DNA of 64,000 bases from Eledone cirrhosa (GCA_964016885.1 OZ024755.1:248001-312000), one strand, 5' to 3'; positions 50,298 to 63,380 are shown, numbered from the stretch's first letter. The notes: generated from the letters alone by a model not told the origin. Translations and numbers: made by a program.

Positions 50298-50502
50298 AGG
50301 GCAGTAGATTGACAGATCGGTAGAGTGTCAGGCAACATGCTTTATTGTTCTGTGTTCTGAATTCAAATACTGACGAGGTTAGCTTTGCATTTCATCCTTA
50401 CAGGGTCGATAAAATAAAGTACCAGTAATGCACTGGGGTTGATTTAAACAACTTCCCACTACCCTCAAAGTTGTTGGCATTGTGCTTGAGTCAGAAACCA
50501 TA
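50298..50502 (+). mobile_element. SINE family A, full length
   Basis: gggcagtagattgacagatcggtagagtgtc...gggtcgataaaataaagtaccagtaatgcactgggg...tcagaaaccataatt. Confidence 0.8.
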
Positions 50503-50805
50503 ATTACTAATGTTATTAATATTATTAGTACAATAGTTCTCAGATTGGTATCGGTAGAGATTTCAGTCTGTCATAGTCCAAAGTACAGACAACACTAGCG
50601 AATGTCTACCAGATTCTGTAGTTAGGATAAAAGAAGTAGAAGTAATCAAGTATTTTTGATCAGTAGAACTTTTGTTGATTACAATCAACTAAATGAGACC
50701 ACAATGAGCAGCAGAGACATTAGAAAAGGTCTCTGGGATAATGAAGAACAATGAAAACAACAACAATAATAACAATAATGATGAGGATGATGATGATTAA
50801 TAATG

Positions 50806-50842
<37 letters not shown>

Positions 50843-51535
50843 TAATAATGATAAATAAATAAATATAATGCAAATAAATGAAAATAAAAAAAACATCAGC
50901 GAAAGAAAGAAATATAAACTGGCAATAATACAAATCATTGGAGGGGGGGGGGGGGGGGTCTTTCTTCTTTATTTATTGAAATTATTTGATTGTTCTTAAC
51001 AACAGCCATTGTAAGTGAATCACTTCAATCAGTTATATCTGCTGCATTCCTTTAAGTGAAGCAACACAAACCACACTCGCACACACACAAACATATGTAT
51101 ATATATATATATATAAACAACACACATACACACAGAGAAGAAAACCAAAAATACAGTGGAGGAGGAGAGGAAAAAAAAGAATCTTCTAATAATAGGAATC
51201 CTTGAAGATGAATAATCTTATTGAACATTAAGAATAAGGGGTAAAAAAATAAGAGAAAAATTGGATTAATAATAAGGTATATAATAACTGTGAGTGACTA
51301 AATCACAGTTGTTATATATCCTTTAGGGAGCAGGGTGTGTGGGGTGGGGAGGGGGGGATATTTGTAATGTTGTGAATATAGTTGTTGCTATGGTTTATTG
51401 TCTGTTTGTGAGTATGGGGGAGAGATAGAGGAGAAAGGAGGGGTAGGGCAGAGAAATATATATTGCAGAGAAATATATATTGTTCCCGTCCCACCCTTGC
51501 AAGCAGGGAAAAGCGGACGTAAAATGAAATGATGA

Positions 51536-51604
<69 letters not shown>

Positions 51605-51973
51605 TCGAGAGAGAGAGATCATGCACTTCTTTGTTTATATGGAAACCTATTTGAATGGCTCTGCATACCTAAGTGTTTATGTGAAAATATATAGAAGTTA
51701 TCTGTATGCATGTGTGATGAATGCTTATTTATATATGTAATTACATTCATTTGTTGTGTATGTGAATGTTTTTGCTTCCTACTGGTAACATATAACCCAG
51801 TAACCCAGTACAACCAGGGTGGTGGTCGGCAGCAACTAAACCAGTAACCCAACCAAGCTTGTTTAATGAGAAAGGTTAGTCTGGACATCCTGCATGATGT
51901 GATGGAAAAAACTAATCCTGTCAAAGGATGAAAGAACTCAGGGGAGTTAGCCATCCAATAGTGTTTATATGCT

Positions 51974-52007
<34 letters not shown>

Positions 52008-52011
52008 ATAC

Positions 52012-52063
52012 ATATATTGGTTATTAGAAAAACAAGGCCTTGATTTTCTAATAACCAATATAT
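52012..52063. repeat. 52-bp near-perfect palindrome
   Basis: atatattggttattagaaaaacaagg|ccttgattttctaataaccaatatat, with one mismatched pair and no loop. Confidence 0.9.
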
Positions 52064-52269
52064 ATCATATCACTGTGGATTTTTCATATTGGACCAATTT
52101 ATTTTGGTAACACAATTCATATGAACCAGGTATTTATGATAAACAGTTCCCTTGATTACGTAGAGCACAACTAAACCTGTAAATTGCCTTTTACTTTTTG
52201 TATACACACATCTACCCTACAATGCAAAAACGTGTTGGCTACAAAATGCAGATACCTGTATTTTATCTC

Positions 52270-52317
<48 letters not shown>

Positions 52318-52364
52318 TCATGATTTCATATGGCTGAAACATTTCTAGTACTGTAGAAGTCATT

Positions 52365-52456
<92 letters not shown>

Positions 52457-52461
<5 letters not shown>

Positions 52462-52656
52462 AAAAATGTTTGACCCGATGGCAGAGCTCAAGTCGTTTCG
52501 ACGACTATTTCTGGACTAAATCCAGAAATAGCCGTCGAAACGGCTTGAGCTCTGCTGTCGGGGTCAAACATTTTCCTATTACCCACTCTACTACCCTAAG
52601 TATTGAGTACTCTGGTGCGTTATGGTCCATCTGGTTCCTTACCACACTTCCTTCGT
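52457..52656 (+). mobile_element. Fold-back element in (TA)n: about 60-bp inverted arms containing a hammerhead 3' half; probable Penelope-like terminus
   Basis: Arms at 52457-52515 and 52521-52579 with loop ctaaa. The right arm reads stem-GAAAC-ggc-ttgagctct-gct-GTC. A unique tail runs to 52656, with (TA)n on both sides. Confidence 0.65.
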
Positions 52657-52667
52657 TATATATATAT

Positions 52668-52870
52668 ATCATCACTGTTTAACATCCATTTTTCATGCTA
52701 ACATGGGTTAGACGAGTTGTCCCATTGCGAGACAAATCAGATCAGGTGGACATGTCTTGCTCTTACAGAACTGTTTCTGGCTTGATTTCTACAGCTTGAT
52801 GTCTTTCTTAATGCCAACCACATTTACATTGTTTCACCAACATGACCACGTTATAGGGTCAGCTAGGTGC
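52668..52870 (-). mobile_element. RTE-type 3' UTR fragment
   Basis: catcactgtttaacatccatttttcatgctaacatgggttagacg...ggcttgatttctacagcttgatg is the reverse of the RTE tail. Confidence 0.75.
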
Positions 52871-54354
52871 TTTTGTGTGTGTGTTTGCATGATCACGTAT
52901 ATACAAATGAGAAAGATTCTCTTTATTCTTACTTGAAACCAATGCCATTTATGATCTCTGGCCACCTTTGTTTTCACAGTGGCTATCATCTCATAAAATC
53001 TGATGTGTAGAAATCTTTTTGCATTGATACCTTGTGACTGCTAACTAATTTACATATTGTAGTTGGTGCATTTTATTGTGGCACCTACACTACAGAGGTT
53101 ATCTTGCTTCTGCAAGTCTAAAGAGATCTCTCTAGTTGAGATAGTCTTTGTTCTTTTAAACTAAACATGGTCGAGTGTGCTTAGAACAGGTACGAAGACC
53201 AAGGAAGACAGAGGAGAGAATGTGAATGTGACAGGCTGGTAAAAGAGGGAGAAAGTGGTGGAGGGGAGGGTGATACCTATGTATTGGTTGTCAGCAGGAG
53301 GTAGAATAACTGCATGAGCAGTGTGAAGAGATAGTAATAAAGATGTGTCATGATAAGGAAGACCAAGTGATGAGCAGCAATAGGGATGGGTGGTTGTGAG
53401 AGTGGTAGTTGTCAACTAAGATACACACGGAGTAGATGAGACGCATATATATGTGTGGGCATATGTATGTGTATACATATGCATGTGCATATGTATGTAT
53501 GTATAAACGCATGCATATATGCTTAACTGTGAGTAGATCTGCATGTATGTACACAAAACAAAAGTGCATGCATACCACATATAAATGATGTGAAAGAAAA
53601 GGTTATCCCATAAAAGAAATAAAAAATAAGCCCACAAGAACACCTGGTATATTTGCTGCTGCGACTACAACTACTATTATTATTATTGATGACAGCAAAG
53701 AAAGCTGACAATCTAAATAAGAAAGAAACTCATCAGAAACTGCATTCTTCAGGTGTCTATGTGCTATAGAAAATCTCTCACATAAATCACATATTAAATC
53801 ATTTCTATTTTATTTCTCGTTAATATATATATTAACAAAATATATTAATAAGATAAATAAAAATAAAAAGATGTGATTTTTAAAATTTGTTTTCACTGCA
53901 GATGTCTTAATCTTGTAATTAATGAGAATTATTTAAAAAATAAACAAAAACAAAATATAAAAAATTAAAAATAAAATAAAATTAATCTGGAGTATTGACA
54001 GGTACAAATCTGTTTATCAACTTTTAATAATTATGAGAATATTTGTGATTTTTCTAAGATTTAATGCACTGTATACCTCATACACTCCTGTTATAAGCAT
54101 AGTGCATGTTTTGTAATGGAGTTCTTAGAATAGATTCCAACTTCATTAGATGATTTAGATCAAGCTGTAGCACCAACTGGACTCAAGTTTCTTGTTTTGT
54201 TGATGGTCTTAAATCAGGTTTTATTTTAGTGTTGTTGTCATTCTGTGTGTATATAGTTGTGTGTACATACAGGTGTGTGTGTATGGCAAACTGCTGTCAA
54301 CTCTGATATTGGTGAGTGTTCCAGTTACTCAAACTATAGAACAACCTGCTAGTA

Positions 54355-54613
54355 AAATTAATGTGCAAGTGGCTGAGCATTTTGAAGCTGTGTACCCTTA
54401 GCAGAGTTGTTAGATTCAGTGTCATACAGTGACCGATAAGGCTGACACTTTGAATTATAAACAGAAATAATGTTTGCCAGCTAAGTGGACTGGAGCAACA
54501 TGAAATAAAGTGTCTTGCTCAAGGATACAATGCACTGCTGGGAATTGAACTTAGAACGTTACGATCATGAATCCTGAACCAAACACCCTAACCACTAAGT
54601 CATGTGTCTTCAC
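54355..54613 (-). mobile_element. tRNA-derived SINE with a family B-like head and another tail type
   Basis: ggactggagcaacatgaaataaagtgtcttgctcaagga...gggaattgaact...ccctaaccactaagtcatgtgtcttca. The tail motif aagtggctgag.att also occurs at about 14326. Confidence 0.75.
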
Positions 54614-55254
54614 TTATATATGAATGCATAACATTGACACATACACACACACAAATTGTGAGTGCCGTAGAGTCGTAAACTTCTGCAAGATGAGTCACTA
54701 CTGCAGTTTTGATCACCGATTGAGTTATTCCACTTATTTTATTTCAATTAAACATCACAGAGCTAATTCACAGTATCAGCCAATGATCCTAAGTCTGATG
54801 GGTTTTACTAAAACACACTTAAAGTAATTTTTCATCTAGAAAGCTTTTTGATGTTCCCCACATTAAATATGTCAACATGAACTTAACTTTCATCTAACAT
54901 GCTATATTCATATTTAAAGATAAATCTTTTTGTGGTGAATGTAACAATTCTATTACGGCTTTGTCAGATTTGGAAAAATTTGCAGAGTTATTAGGGTGCC
55001 AGATTAAATGGCTCAGTATCTGTTTTGGCTCACCAAGCTCTGAGTTTCATCCTTCCAAGGACGATAAATAAAGTACCAGTCTATGGGTGGTGATTGAGAA
55101 TTGTTCAAGAGTTGGATGGGAATGTTTTGTGGTATCTGGTTCAGCTTTGTGCATTTTGAATTCAAATCTTGATTCCTTCCTAAAGGAACTGCAGTCAACA
55201 GAATGGAAAAGCCAAAGGAACCATCAATTCCACCAATTCCTTTGTTTCATCTGA

Positions 55255-55409
55255 TGATTTTATGTAAGAACCTTTGTTAAGTTCAAAACACGAGCTTAAC
55301 AACGAGAAAATTAGTTAGACTATTACATCTCTTTAAATTCTAAACTATTCTCAAAATTATTTGAAAATCAGAGGCAGTGTCTTTTATTAGAAATATAGTT
55401 ATGAAAGGG
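55255..55409 (+). mobile_element. piggyBac-derived MITE, right part
   Basis: ttttatgtaagaacctttgttaagttcaaaacacgagcttaa...aaatatagttatgaaaggg|ttaa. Confidence 0.7.
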
Positions 55410-55955
55410 TTAAAACATTCCTCTTGTATAAAATAAAAACAATGAATTCAAGTATAAAAGCAGCCTTCAAGCCAACATAATTTCATTGTCTCTGCAGTGA
55501 ACTTCGTAGTGATAATATAGACATAAAACAAAGTTTAAAAAATGTCAGGTGACAAGGTCATTCTTGAAAACACTATACAATCATAATGTAGTTAGAACTA
55601 ATGAACTTATGATAAGGATATATACAAAAATCAATAATTTATAATCAAAATTTTAGGAAAGAAAAATTCTGTGAGTATTTTTCAAACTAGAAACAATATC
55701 TACCTTTTTTGATAACACAATTTTATTGATTTTTCACAGAGAAATGTAGAAAGCAACTCTAATGAAAGAAATCTGATTAAGGTGGGAAATAATAAATGTA
55801 CTGCCTTTGTAGAAGGTTCTTAAAGTACAGAGAGGAAAATTGAGGAAAAACTAACAGGAATTTATTTTTATATTTTCTTATCATTTAGTGAAGGAGGGAT
55901 GGCAGTGAAGGACCTATGACTATCCACGGATAATTATATATATACATATATATAT

Positions 55956-57372
55956 CAGCAAAGTTAGGATTGGCAATGAGTATAGCGAGGAATTTAGCGT
56001 ACAGGTTGGGGTCCACCAGGGCTCTGTTCTTAGCCCTCTCCTGTTCATCATAGTCCTGCAGGCAATAACGGAGGAGTTTAAGACCGGATGCCCATGGGAA
56101 CTCCTGTATGCTGATGACCTCGCACTCATAGCTGAATCTATGGTAGAACTAGAGAATAAATTCCAAACCTGGAAGCAGGGACTAGAGAGAAAGGGCCTCA
56201 AAGTCAACATGACAAAGACTAAGGTCCTTATAAGTAGACGAGAAAACAGAACCCAGATCCCCTCAGGGAAATGGCCTTGCTCAGTATGTAGGAAAGGTGT
56301 AGGTAGGAACTCCATTCTTTGCCCCAAATGCAAACAATGGGTACACAAGAGGTGTAGCGGGATCTCAGGAAGCTTAATTAAGAATGTAGGATTCACATGC
56401 AGCAGCTGTGCTGAAACAGCAAGCAAACAGCCACAGGAAACAAGTACCACCAATCTCTGGGAGGGCCCTGTAGAAACAGTAGACAGCTTCTGCTACCTAG
56501 GTGACCGAATTAGCAACGGAGGTGGGTGCTCAGAAAGTACAATAACTAGGGTAAGAACGGGATGGAAGAAGTTTAGGGAACTACTACCACTGCTAGCTGC
56601 AAAAGGCTTCTCCCTCAGAATGAAAGGCAGACTGTATGATGCGTGTATCCGAACAGCGATGCTGCATGGTAGTGAGACCTGGGCGCTGAAGGTGGAAGAC
56701 TTACGTAGATTAGAGAGAAACGAAGCCTGCATGCTCCGATGGATGTGTAACAGTAATATACGTGAACGACAAAGCATAAATGAATTGAGAGAGAGACTGA
56801 GCATAAGAGGAATCAAATGCTGCGTGCAGGAGAGGCGGTTACGCTGGTATGGACATGTGATGCGTATGAAGGATGACAGCTGCATAAAAAGGTGCAGAGC
56901 ACTAGAAGTTGATGGAAACCGCGGAGTGGGGAGACCCAAGATGACTTGGGATGAGGTGATAAAAGCCGACCTTACCCAACTACACCTCTCAAAGTCAATG
57001 ACACACGACCGTGACTTCTGGCGTCACGCAGTAATACAGGGTACCCGACCTCCCATGGGTACATGCTGAAGCATATAAACAATATGCCCCCCCCCCCCCC
57101 CACCGCAAGGTGGTCGTGGAGGTGCCACGGCAAAAAAGCACCCAGCCCACACTGTAAAGTGGACGTGTAGGCGCCACGAAAAAGCACCCAGCACTCACTG
57201 TAAATGAGGTTGGTGTTAGGAAGGGCATCCAGCTGTAGAAATCAAGCCAGATCAGTTCCTGTATGAGCAAGGCATGGTCAGCCGACCAGACACTGCCCAC
57301 AACAGGACAACCCGTCTAACCCATGCTAGCGTGGAAGAACGGACGTAAAACGGTGATGATGATGATGATGAT
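55956..57372 (+). mobile_element. 5'-truncated RTE-clade LINE
   Basis: RT ORF, a 3' UTR of about 290 bp, a (GAT)n tail and TA-rich flanks. Confidence 0.93.
55957..57069 (+). CDS. RTE reverse transcriptase C-terminal part with an embedded PHD-like zinc finger
   Basis: The frame is open upstream of the called ATG: SKVRIGNEYSEEFSVQVGVHQGSVLSPLLF...ELLYADDLALIAES. Then a C-x2-C/C-x2-C/H-x2-C/C-x2-C insert, FCYLG, LHGSETW, RLRWYGHV and RGVGRPKMTW. Confidence 0.93.
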   Translation, partial: SKVRIGNEYSEEFSVQVGVHQGSVLSPLLFIIVLQAITEEFKTGCPWELLYADDLALIAESMVELENKFQTWKQGLERKGLKVNMTKTKVLISRRENRTQIPSGKWPCSVCRKGVGRNSILCPKCKQWVHKRCSGISGSLIKNVGFTCSSCAETASKQPQETSTTNLWEGPVETVDSFCYLGDRISNGGGCSESTITRVRTGWKKFRELLPLLAAKGFSLRMKGRLYDACIRTAMLHGSETWALKVEDLRRLERNEACMLRWMCNSNIRERQSINELRERLSIRGIKCCVQERRLRWYGHVMRMKDDSCIKRCRALEVDGNRGVGRPKMTWDEVIKADLTQLHLSKSMTHDRDFWRHAVIQGTRPPMGTC

Positions 57373-58345
57373 ATGTATATGTTTTTCTTTCTCTGTCTCT
57401 CCCTCCCCCTATATATATATATATACACACACACATATATATACATACTACCCAAGTAAGCCACAATGGGATTTGAACCTAGAATGCAAGGGGCCAGAAC
57501 AAATACTGCAAGGTATTATTTTATTTGATGCTCCAATAATTCCCCCAATACAGCATGTACTGGGAGCTTTTATTGTGTAGATCACCAGCACATGTTCTAT
57601 TATCTAACAATATCACCCATACACTGCCCTAGACTGGTACGTATTGCCCTCACACAACTACCCACTGAGAGAATAAAAAGTAAAGTTGATATTGGCAGGT
57701 TTTGAACAAATGCAACACAGTTTGTCTCTGCACTCTAATAACTGTGCCAACGCAACACCGAAGTAGAATCTCACAAATACTGAGCTTCAGTTATAATTAA
57801 AGTTAGACAAGTATATTCTGCATTGCATCTGACACTGAGGAAGACATGATGATGATGTTAGTGATGATGATGGTGATAGCAATGATGAAGATGATGATGA
57901 TGGTAACGATAATAGTGATGATGATGATAATGGTGATGATGATAGCTACAATGATAATGATCATAATAATGGTAATGATTGATTTTTCTATTAGGTTAAC
58001 CTGTAATTAACACGCTATTATAACTTGTTCACACCACATAATATACTGTTTCATGCAGACATGGTGGAAGATATATGTTTTGTCCTCAAGGCAGTTGGCT
58101 GCCATTATTCATACAAGCTCTTCTTAGAGTCAACTATCTTATTCTCTATTATAGTTACTTAGCTTTCAGCAAGATATATAGCATAGTGGGTATGATGAAT
58201 CTGGTTTAGATAATGAACAGTACACTAGTTATACTACATATTTATTTAAACAGCTAACAGTAATATCTTTAATTAAAGGTAATAATGAAGAAGTGATACT
58301 ATACATAAAATAGACAATATTCAGTCAGAATTTATGGAAGTGGGC

Positions 58346-58525
58346 AAAAGTAATCTATTTTATGATATTATAGCTATGACGTAATAGTTAAGACATTAGA
58401 GATATGATATAGTTAGGATCAACAGTCATAATTTATTGAAGTGAACAAAAGTAATCTATTTTATGATATCATAGGTATGACTTCTTAGTTAAGACATTAG
58501 AGATATGATATAGTTATGATTAACA
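58346..58525. repeat. About 100-bp tandem duplication
   Basis: caaaagtaatctattttatgatat.atag.tatgac...agttaagacattagagatatgatatagtta occurs twice. Confidence 0.85.
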
Positions 58526-59235
58526 GCAGGTAATATCATATTTAAATTTTAGATAACAGAGAAATCTAGTTATAAAATCCCTTTGTTTTTGATAATGTTT
58601 TATGTCAGAAGATTTATTATAGCTTCTAAGATCTGGGATCTTTGGAATAGAATTCTTGTGGCTTGGACCTTATTAACTGTTACATGCTTAGTATACATAC
58701 ATAAATATAAATATGTGTGTATACACACACATATATATATATATATATATATCAAACAGAAAGTTATTTGTCACTAATATGCTTGGGCATCTCAATGAAA
58801 AGATGACTATCAAAGATTGTGACATGTTAATCTCTCTCTCTATATATAATATATATAGATATAAACACACATAAATACATACACTCACACAAGGCAATGA
58901 GGGAGCCTCTGTGTGGTTGCTTGGTCTGTTAGAAAGAACAGTCAAATCTCCCTTTTATCAGCTGCCCAGTTTATTACCACAGTCACTTGTGTGAGATTTA
59001 GCAGACACCACTCTGTAGCAATCATTTAAACATGGTCTCAGATTGAAGGATATCTTACACCCCATTCTACCCTCAGTCTTAGGGCTCTGTAATATGTAAT
59101 AGACACTGCTCCTTTTATCCCCACTAAAACAGATCTAACAGTGTGGTCCTCAATAACCATAAAAAAGATGATGGGCATGGCTGCAATGCTTTTGATCCTA
59201 GGTCTGTTTAACAAGAGTTGACCTGGGCTAAATAA

Positions 59236-59430
59236 CTGTTTCTACTTTTGGCACAAGGTCAGCAATTTGAAAGGAAGGGCAAAGTTGATTAAATCTACCT
59301 CAGTGTATTACTGGTTCTTTATTTTATGGACACCATAAGGAGAAACTAACCTTAGTGGGAGTTGAACCCCTAACTATATGCTGCAAAGCATGTTTTCTAA
59401 TGCTCTACCAATACTGACAATCCACCGGCC
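59236..59430 (-). mobile_element. SINE family A
   Basis: tgtttctacttttggcacaaggtcagcaat...ctctaccaatactgacaatcc. Confidence 0.75.
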
Positions 59431-60658
59431 TTTGACCTGGAGCTAAATAACCACAACCCTACTGCCATGGAAAAGAAAGAAAATAATAAAAAAAAAAAAT
59501 AGAAAAGAGAGAGAGAGAAAAAAAGGAAAAAGCCGTTCAATATTCAACCATTATTTCTGGAAGTGAACAATTCTATAATTCTGAAAATGGGAACAAGGAA
59601 TTTGGAATGGTTTAAACAGAATAATCTACTTATGAAGAGATATGACAAGTTAGATGAGCAGCAGCAGCCAACATAGAATAATAATAGTGTTTAGATTGGA
59701 AGAAGAGAGGAAACTAGTTTTCCATAATAGTGTTTTATGTCAAAAGATGTATCACAACATTTAAGGTCAAAGGGGAGTGAAATAGAAGGTAATATAGTTA
59801 AAGAGTGGAGTTGTCCTTTTGAATGAAATCTTTGACTAATGTAGAGCAGAGGACAAGACCTAGCATAGCCAGCCACAACATAGTTGAATTACAACATTGA
59901 ATTAAACCAACTAATAACGGCTTGGTTTGGCTTGGCTCTTGTTTTGCTATAACTGTAACTACAGCAGCCATGGTTTGGTTTTATTTAAAAGTATTTCTGT
60001 GTTGGAACATGGTTAGTTCACTGCTGAGCATTTCTACATCAGTTTAATGAACATGAAATAATGTGAAATCTCATTTATTTCATAAAGACGGCAACACAAA
60101 TACAGGGAATCAGGTTGATGCACATATACACATATGCACACACACAAACACATACACACAAACACATATACATACACTTATAAACACAAACATACAGACA
60201 AACACATATGAACACACACATACAAACACACAGACAGACATATATAGACAGAGGTGGAGGGGCTATCAGAGCAGCTAATGCAATAATAGAATGAGTGTGA
60301 CACAAACAAACCTGCAAACATAATAGACTGGAGCATTAAAAGACAAAAGACAAAGAGATGAAATGTAATAAAAGAGAAAAAGAAAAGAGAGAAAAAATAG
60401 AGAGAAAAAAAAAGAGACAATGATAAATCTGTTGAAATTGTAAAGTAAAGAAAGGGAAAAAGTGAGGAAGAATGTATGAAGCGAGAGTGAATGGCACATT
60501 TCAAGGTATACTTTTAGAAACAATGCCACTGCTACATGGAAATAACATTAAACAATTACAAGAGATTTCCAGGAAAATTTCAAGGAATCCTACATCAATA
60601 TAGCTGAGTTGGATGGATAGATAGATGTTTCTAATAATTGTGTATGAGAGATACACAG

Positions 60659-60725
<67 letters not shown>

Positions 60726-60805
60726 GTTTAGATCGATATCCGATGATATATATATTTCTTCCATATACTCTATCGTTTGTTTTGTTACTTCTGTTTACCT
60801 TTTAT

Positions 60806-60879
<74 letters not shown>

Positions 60880-61524
60880 TGAGAGCGAGAGAGAGAGTGT
60901 GTGTGTGTGAGAGAGAAACTGATTGATTTATAGAGGATTGGTAGATAAATAAGATATAAAAGATGATAGAAATATAAGAGGGGAGAGAGATGGTGAGAGA
61001 GAGAAAAAGAGAGATTTAAAAGAACCAACACAAAACGGAGAGAAAAAGGCAAATTAGGAAGATTGGTGAGATAGAGAGAGATAGAGAGAATATAGATAAG
61101 TGAAAAAAGGTTTGGGTGATAAAGAGAGAGAGAGAGAGAGTGAGAAAGTAATGATGAAAGAAATTAAAATGTGTGGTTGTGGTGATAATGGTGGTGGTGA
61201 TGATGGTGGTAGTGGTAGTGATGATGGTGGTACTGGTTGTGGTGATAGTGGTGATGATGGTGGTGGTGATGATGATGATGGTGGTGGTAGTGGGGCATGA
61301 TGGTGGTGTGTAGAAAACAGAGATGATTAATTGATTTCTATGATCAATATTAATCTGATAAGGAAATATGTCACCAACAGAACCGTTATACAATTGATTA
61401 AGGTACCACCATACTCTCACTGAAGCTGGGAGCTCTCTTTTAAAACCAAAAAACCCTCAAGAATTTTAAAACAAAACTGAATAAATATATAAATAAAATT
61501 AAAAATATTGACATTGACATTGGT

Positions 61525-62232
61525 AATGATGATGATGATGATGCTGAAGGTTGTGGTGGTGATGAAGGTGTTGGTAGTGATGAAAGTGGTGGTGGTAGTG
61601 ATGAAAGTGGTGGTGGTGATGAAGGTGGTGGTGATGAAGGTGGTGGTGGTGATGAAGGTGGTGGTGGTGGTGATGGAGGTGGTGGTGGTGATGAAGGTGG
61701 TGGTGGTGATGAAGGTGGTGGTGGTGGTGATGGAGGTGGTGGTGGTGATGAAGGTGGTGGTGGTGATGAAGGTGGTGGTGGTGATGAAGGTGGTAGTGAT
61801 GAAGGTGGTGGTGATAAAGGTGTTGGTGGTAGTGATGAAGGTGGTGGTGGTGATGAAGGTGGTGGTGATGGTGGTGGTAGTGATGAAGGTGGTAGTGATG
61901 GTGGTGGTAGTGATGATGGTGGTGGTGGTAGTGATGGTGGTGGTAGTGATGGCGGTGGTAGTGATGAAGGTGATGGTGATGAAGGTGGTGGTGATGGTGG
62001 TGGTAGTGATGGTGGTGGTAGTGATGAAGGTGGTGGTGGTAGTGATGAAGGTGGTAGTGATGAAGGTGGTGGTAATGATGGTGGTGATGATGAAAGTGGC
62101 AGTGATAATGATGGTGAAGGTGGTGGTGATTATGAAGCTGGCAGTGACAACAATATTGATGAAGATGGTGATGATGGTGAAGATTATGACAATGAAAGTG
62201 GTGGTGATGATGATGATGGTATTAGTGATGAT
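61525..62232. repeat. About 700-bp compound trinucleotide satellite (GGT/GAT/GAA)
   Basis: gtgatgaag(gtg)n higher-order units. These generate the spurious MKVVVV and ITTTTF ORFs. Confidence 0.95.
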
Positions 62233-62685
62233 GACAGCAGATAATATAACAGTTTCCAGTGAATTAAATTGATGGGAGATATTAAATGTCATTATATTTT
62301 ACTCATCTATATCAGTAGACTAAAAGAATGCCAGGTATTTACCAATGTAATATCAATATCATAGATATTTGGTTTTATAATCAACTGTTACACACTAACC
62401 CTCCCTCCCCTCTATACCACTGCTACCACCAAGATGACAATAACAATGACAACCACCACCATCAATATCATAGCTACCACCACCACCACTACCACTACCA
62501 TCACAATGACAGCTACCACTACCATAACCACCTTTGACAATGCTATGACCACCACCACCACCACTACCACTACCATCACAATGACAACAACAATGGCTAC
62601 CATTATTAATCTGGTAACAATATTCAGCTACATGTATGACACTCTTGGAACTTCCAGCTAATGTAATTAACAATTTCATTATAAT

Positions 62686-62822
62686 TGTTTCTACTTTAGG
62701 CACAAGGCCAGCAATTACCCAGTACGTTACTGGTACTTTATTTTATTGACCCCATAAGGATGAAAGGTAAAGTTAACCTCGACAGGATTTGAACTCAGAT
62801 CGTAAGGGGACGTAACTATGCT
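62686..62822 (-). mobile_element. SINE family A
   Basis: tgtttctactttaggcacaaggccagcaattacccagtacgttactggtac...gatttgaactcag. Confidence 0.85.
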
Positions 62823-63039
62823 GACTGGCTGCCACCACCACCACTACCAGCAGCACCACCACCACCGCCACCATCAGCAGCACCACCGCCACACCCACCA
62901 TCAGTAGCACCACCACCACCAGCATACTTTGCTTCTGATTTGACATGACCTTAACTAACTCAATTTACACACTTACATGGTTAATCCAATACTAATACAG
63001 CAGCTCATATATGTGTATAATTATATATATATATATATA

Positions 63040-63071
<32 letters not shown>

Positions 63072-63073
63072 AA

Positions 63074-63132
63074 CACCCTTGCAAGCAGGGAAAAGCGGAC
63101 GTAAAATGATGATGATCATGATGATGATGATG

Positions 63133-63182
<50 letters not shown>

Positions 63183-63380
63183 TAAAATAACAGATTAAAG
63201 TTTAAGCAAAGTGGTCGTGGAGGCGCCACGGCAAAAAAGCACCCAGCACTCACTGTAAATGAGGTTGGTGTTAGGAAGGGCATCCTGCTGTAGAAATCAA
63301 GCCAGAATCAGTTCCCGTCCCACCCTTGCAAGCAGGGAAAAGCGAATGTAAAATGATGATGATGATGATGATGATGATGA
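63074..63380 (+). mobile_element. Two 5'-truncated family B SINE tails in (TA)n
   Basis: cacccttgcaagcagggaaaagcggacgtaaaa(tga)n at 63074-63134, and aagtggtcgtggaggcgcc...(tga)n at about 63207-63380. The same tail occurs at 51482-51540. Confidence 0.88.

Noticed and set aside
55920-56939. Minus-strand ORFs of 177 and 148 aa (also 9045-9506)
   Set aside because: They are antisense to the RTE reverse transcriptase.
61417-62292. 291-aa Thr-rich mucin-like ORF and 254-aa Val-rich ORF
   Set aside because: Both strands are open only because the trinucleotide satellite lacks stops. No signal peptide, splice context or non-repetitive domain.
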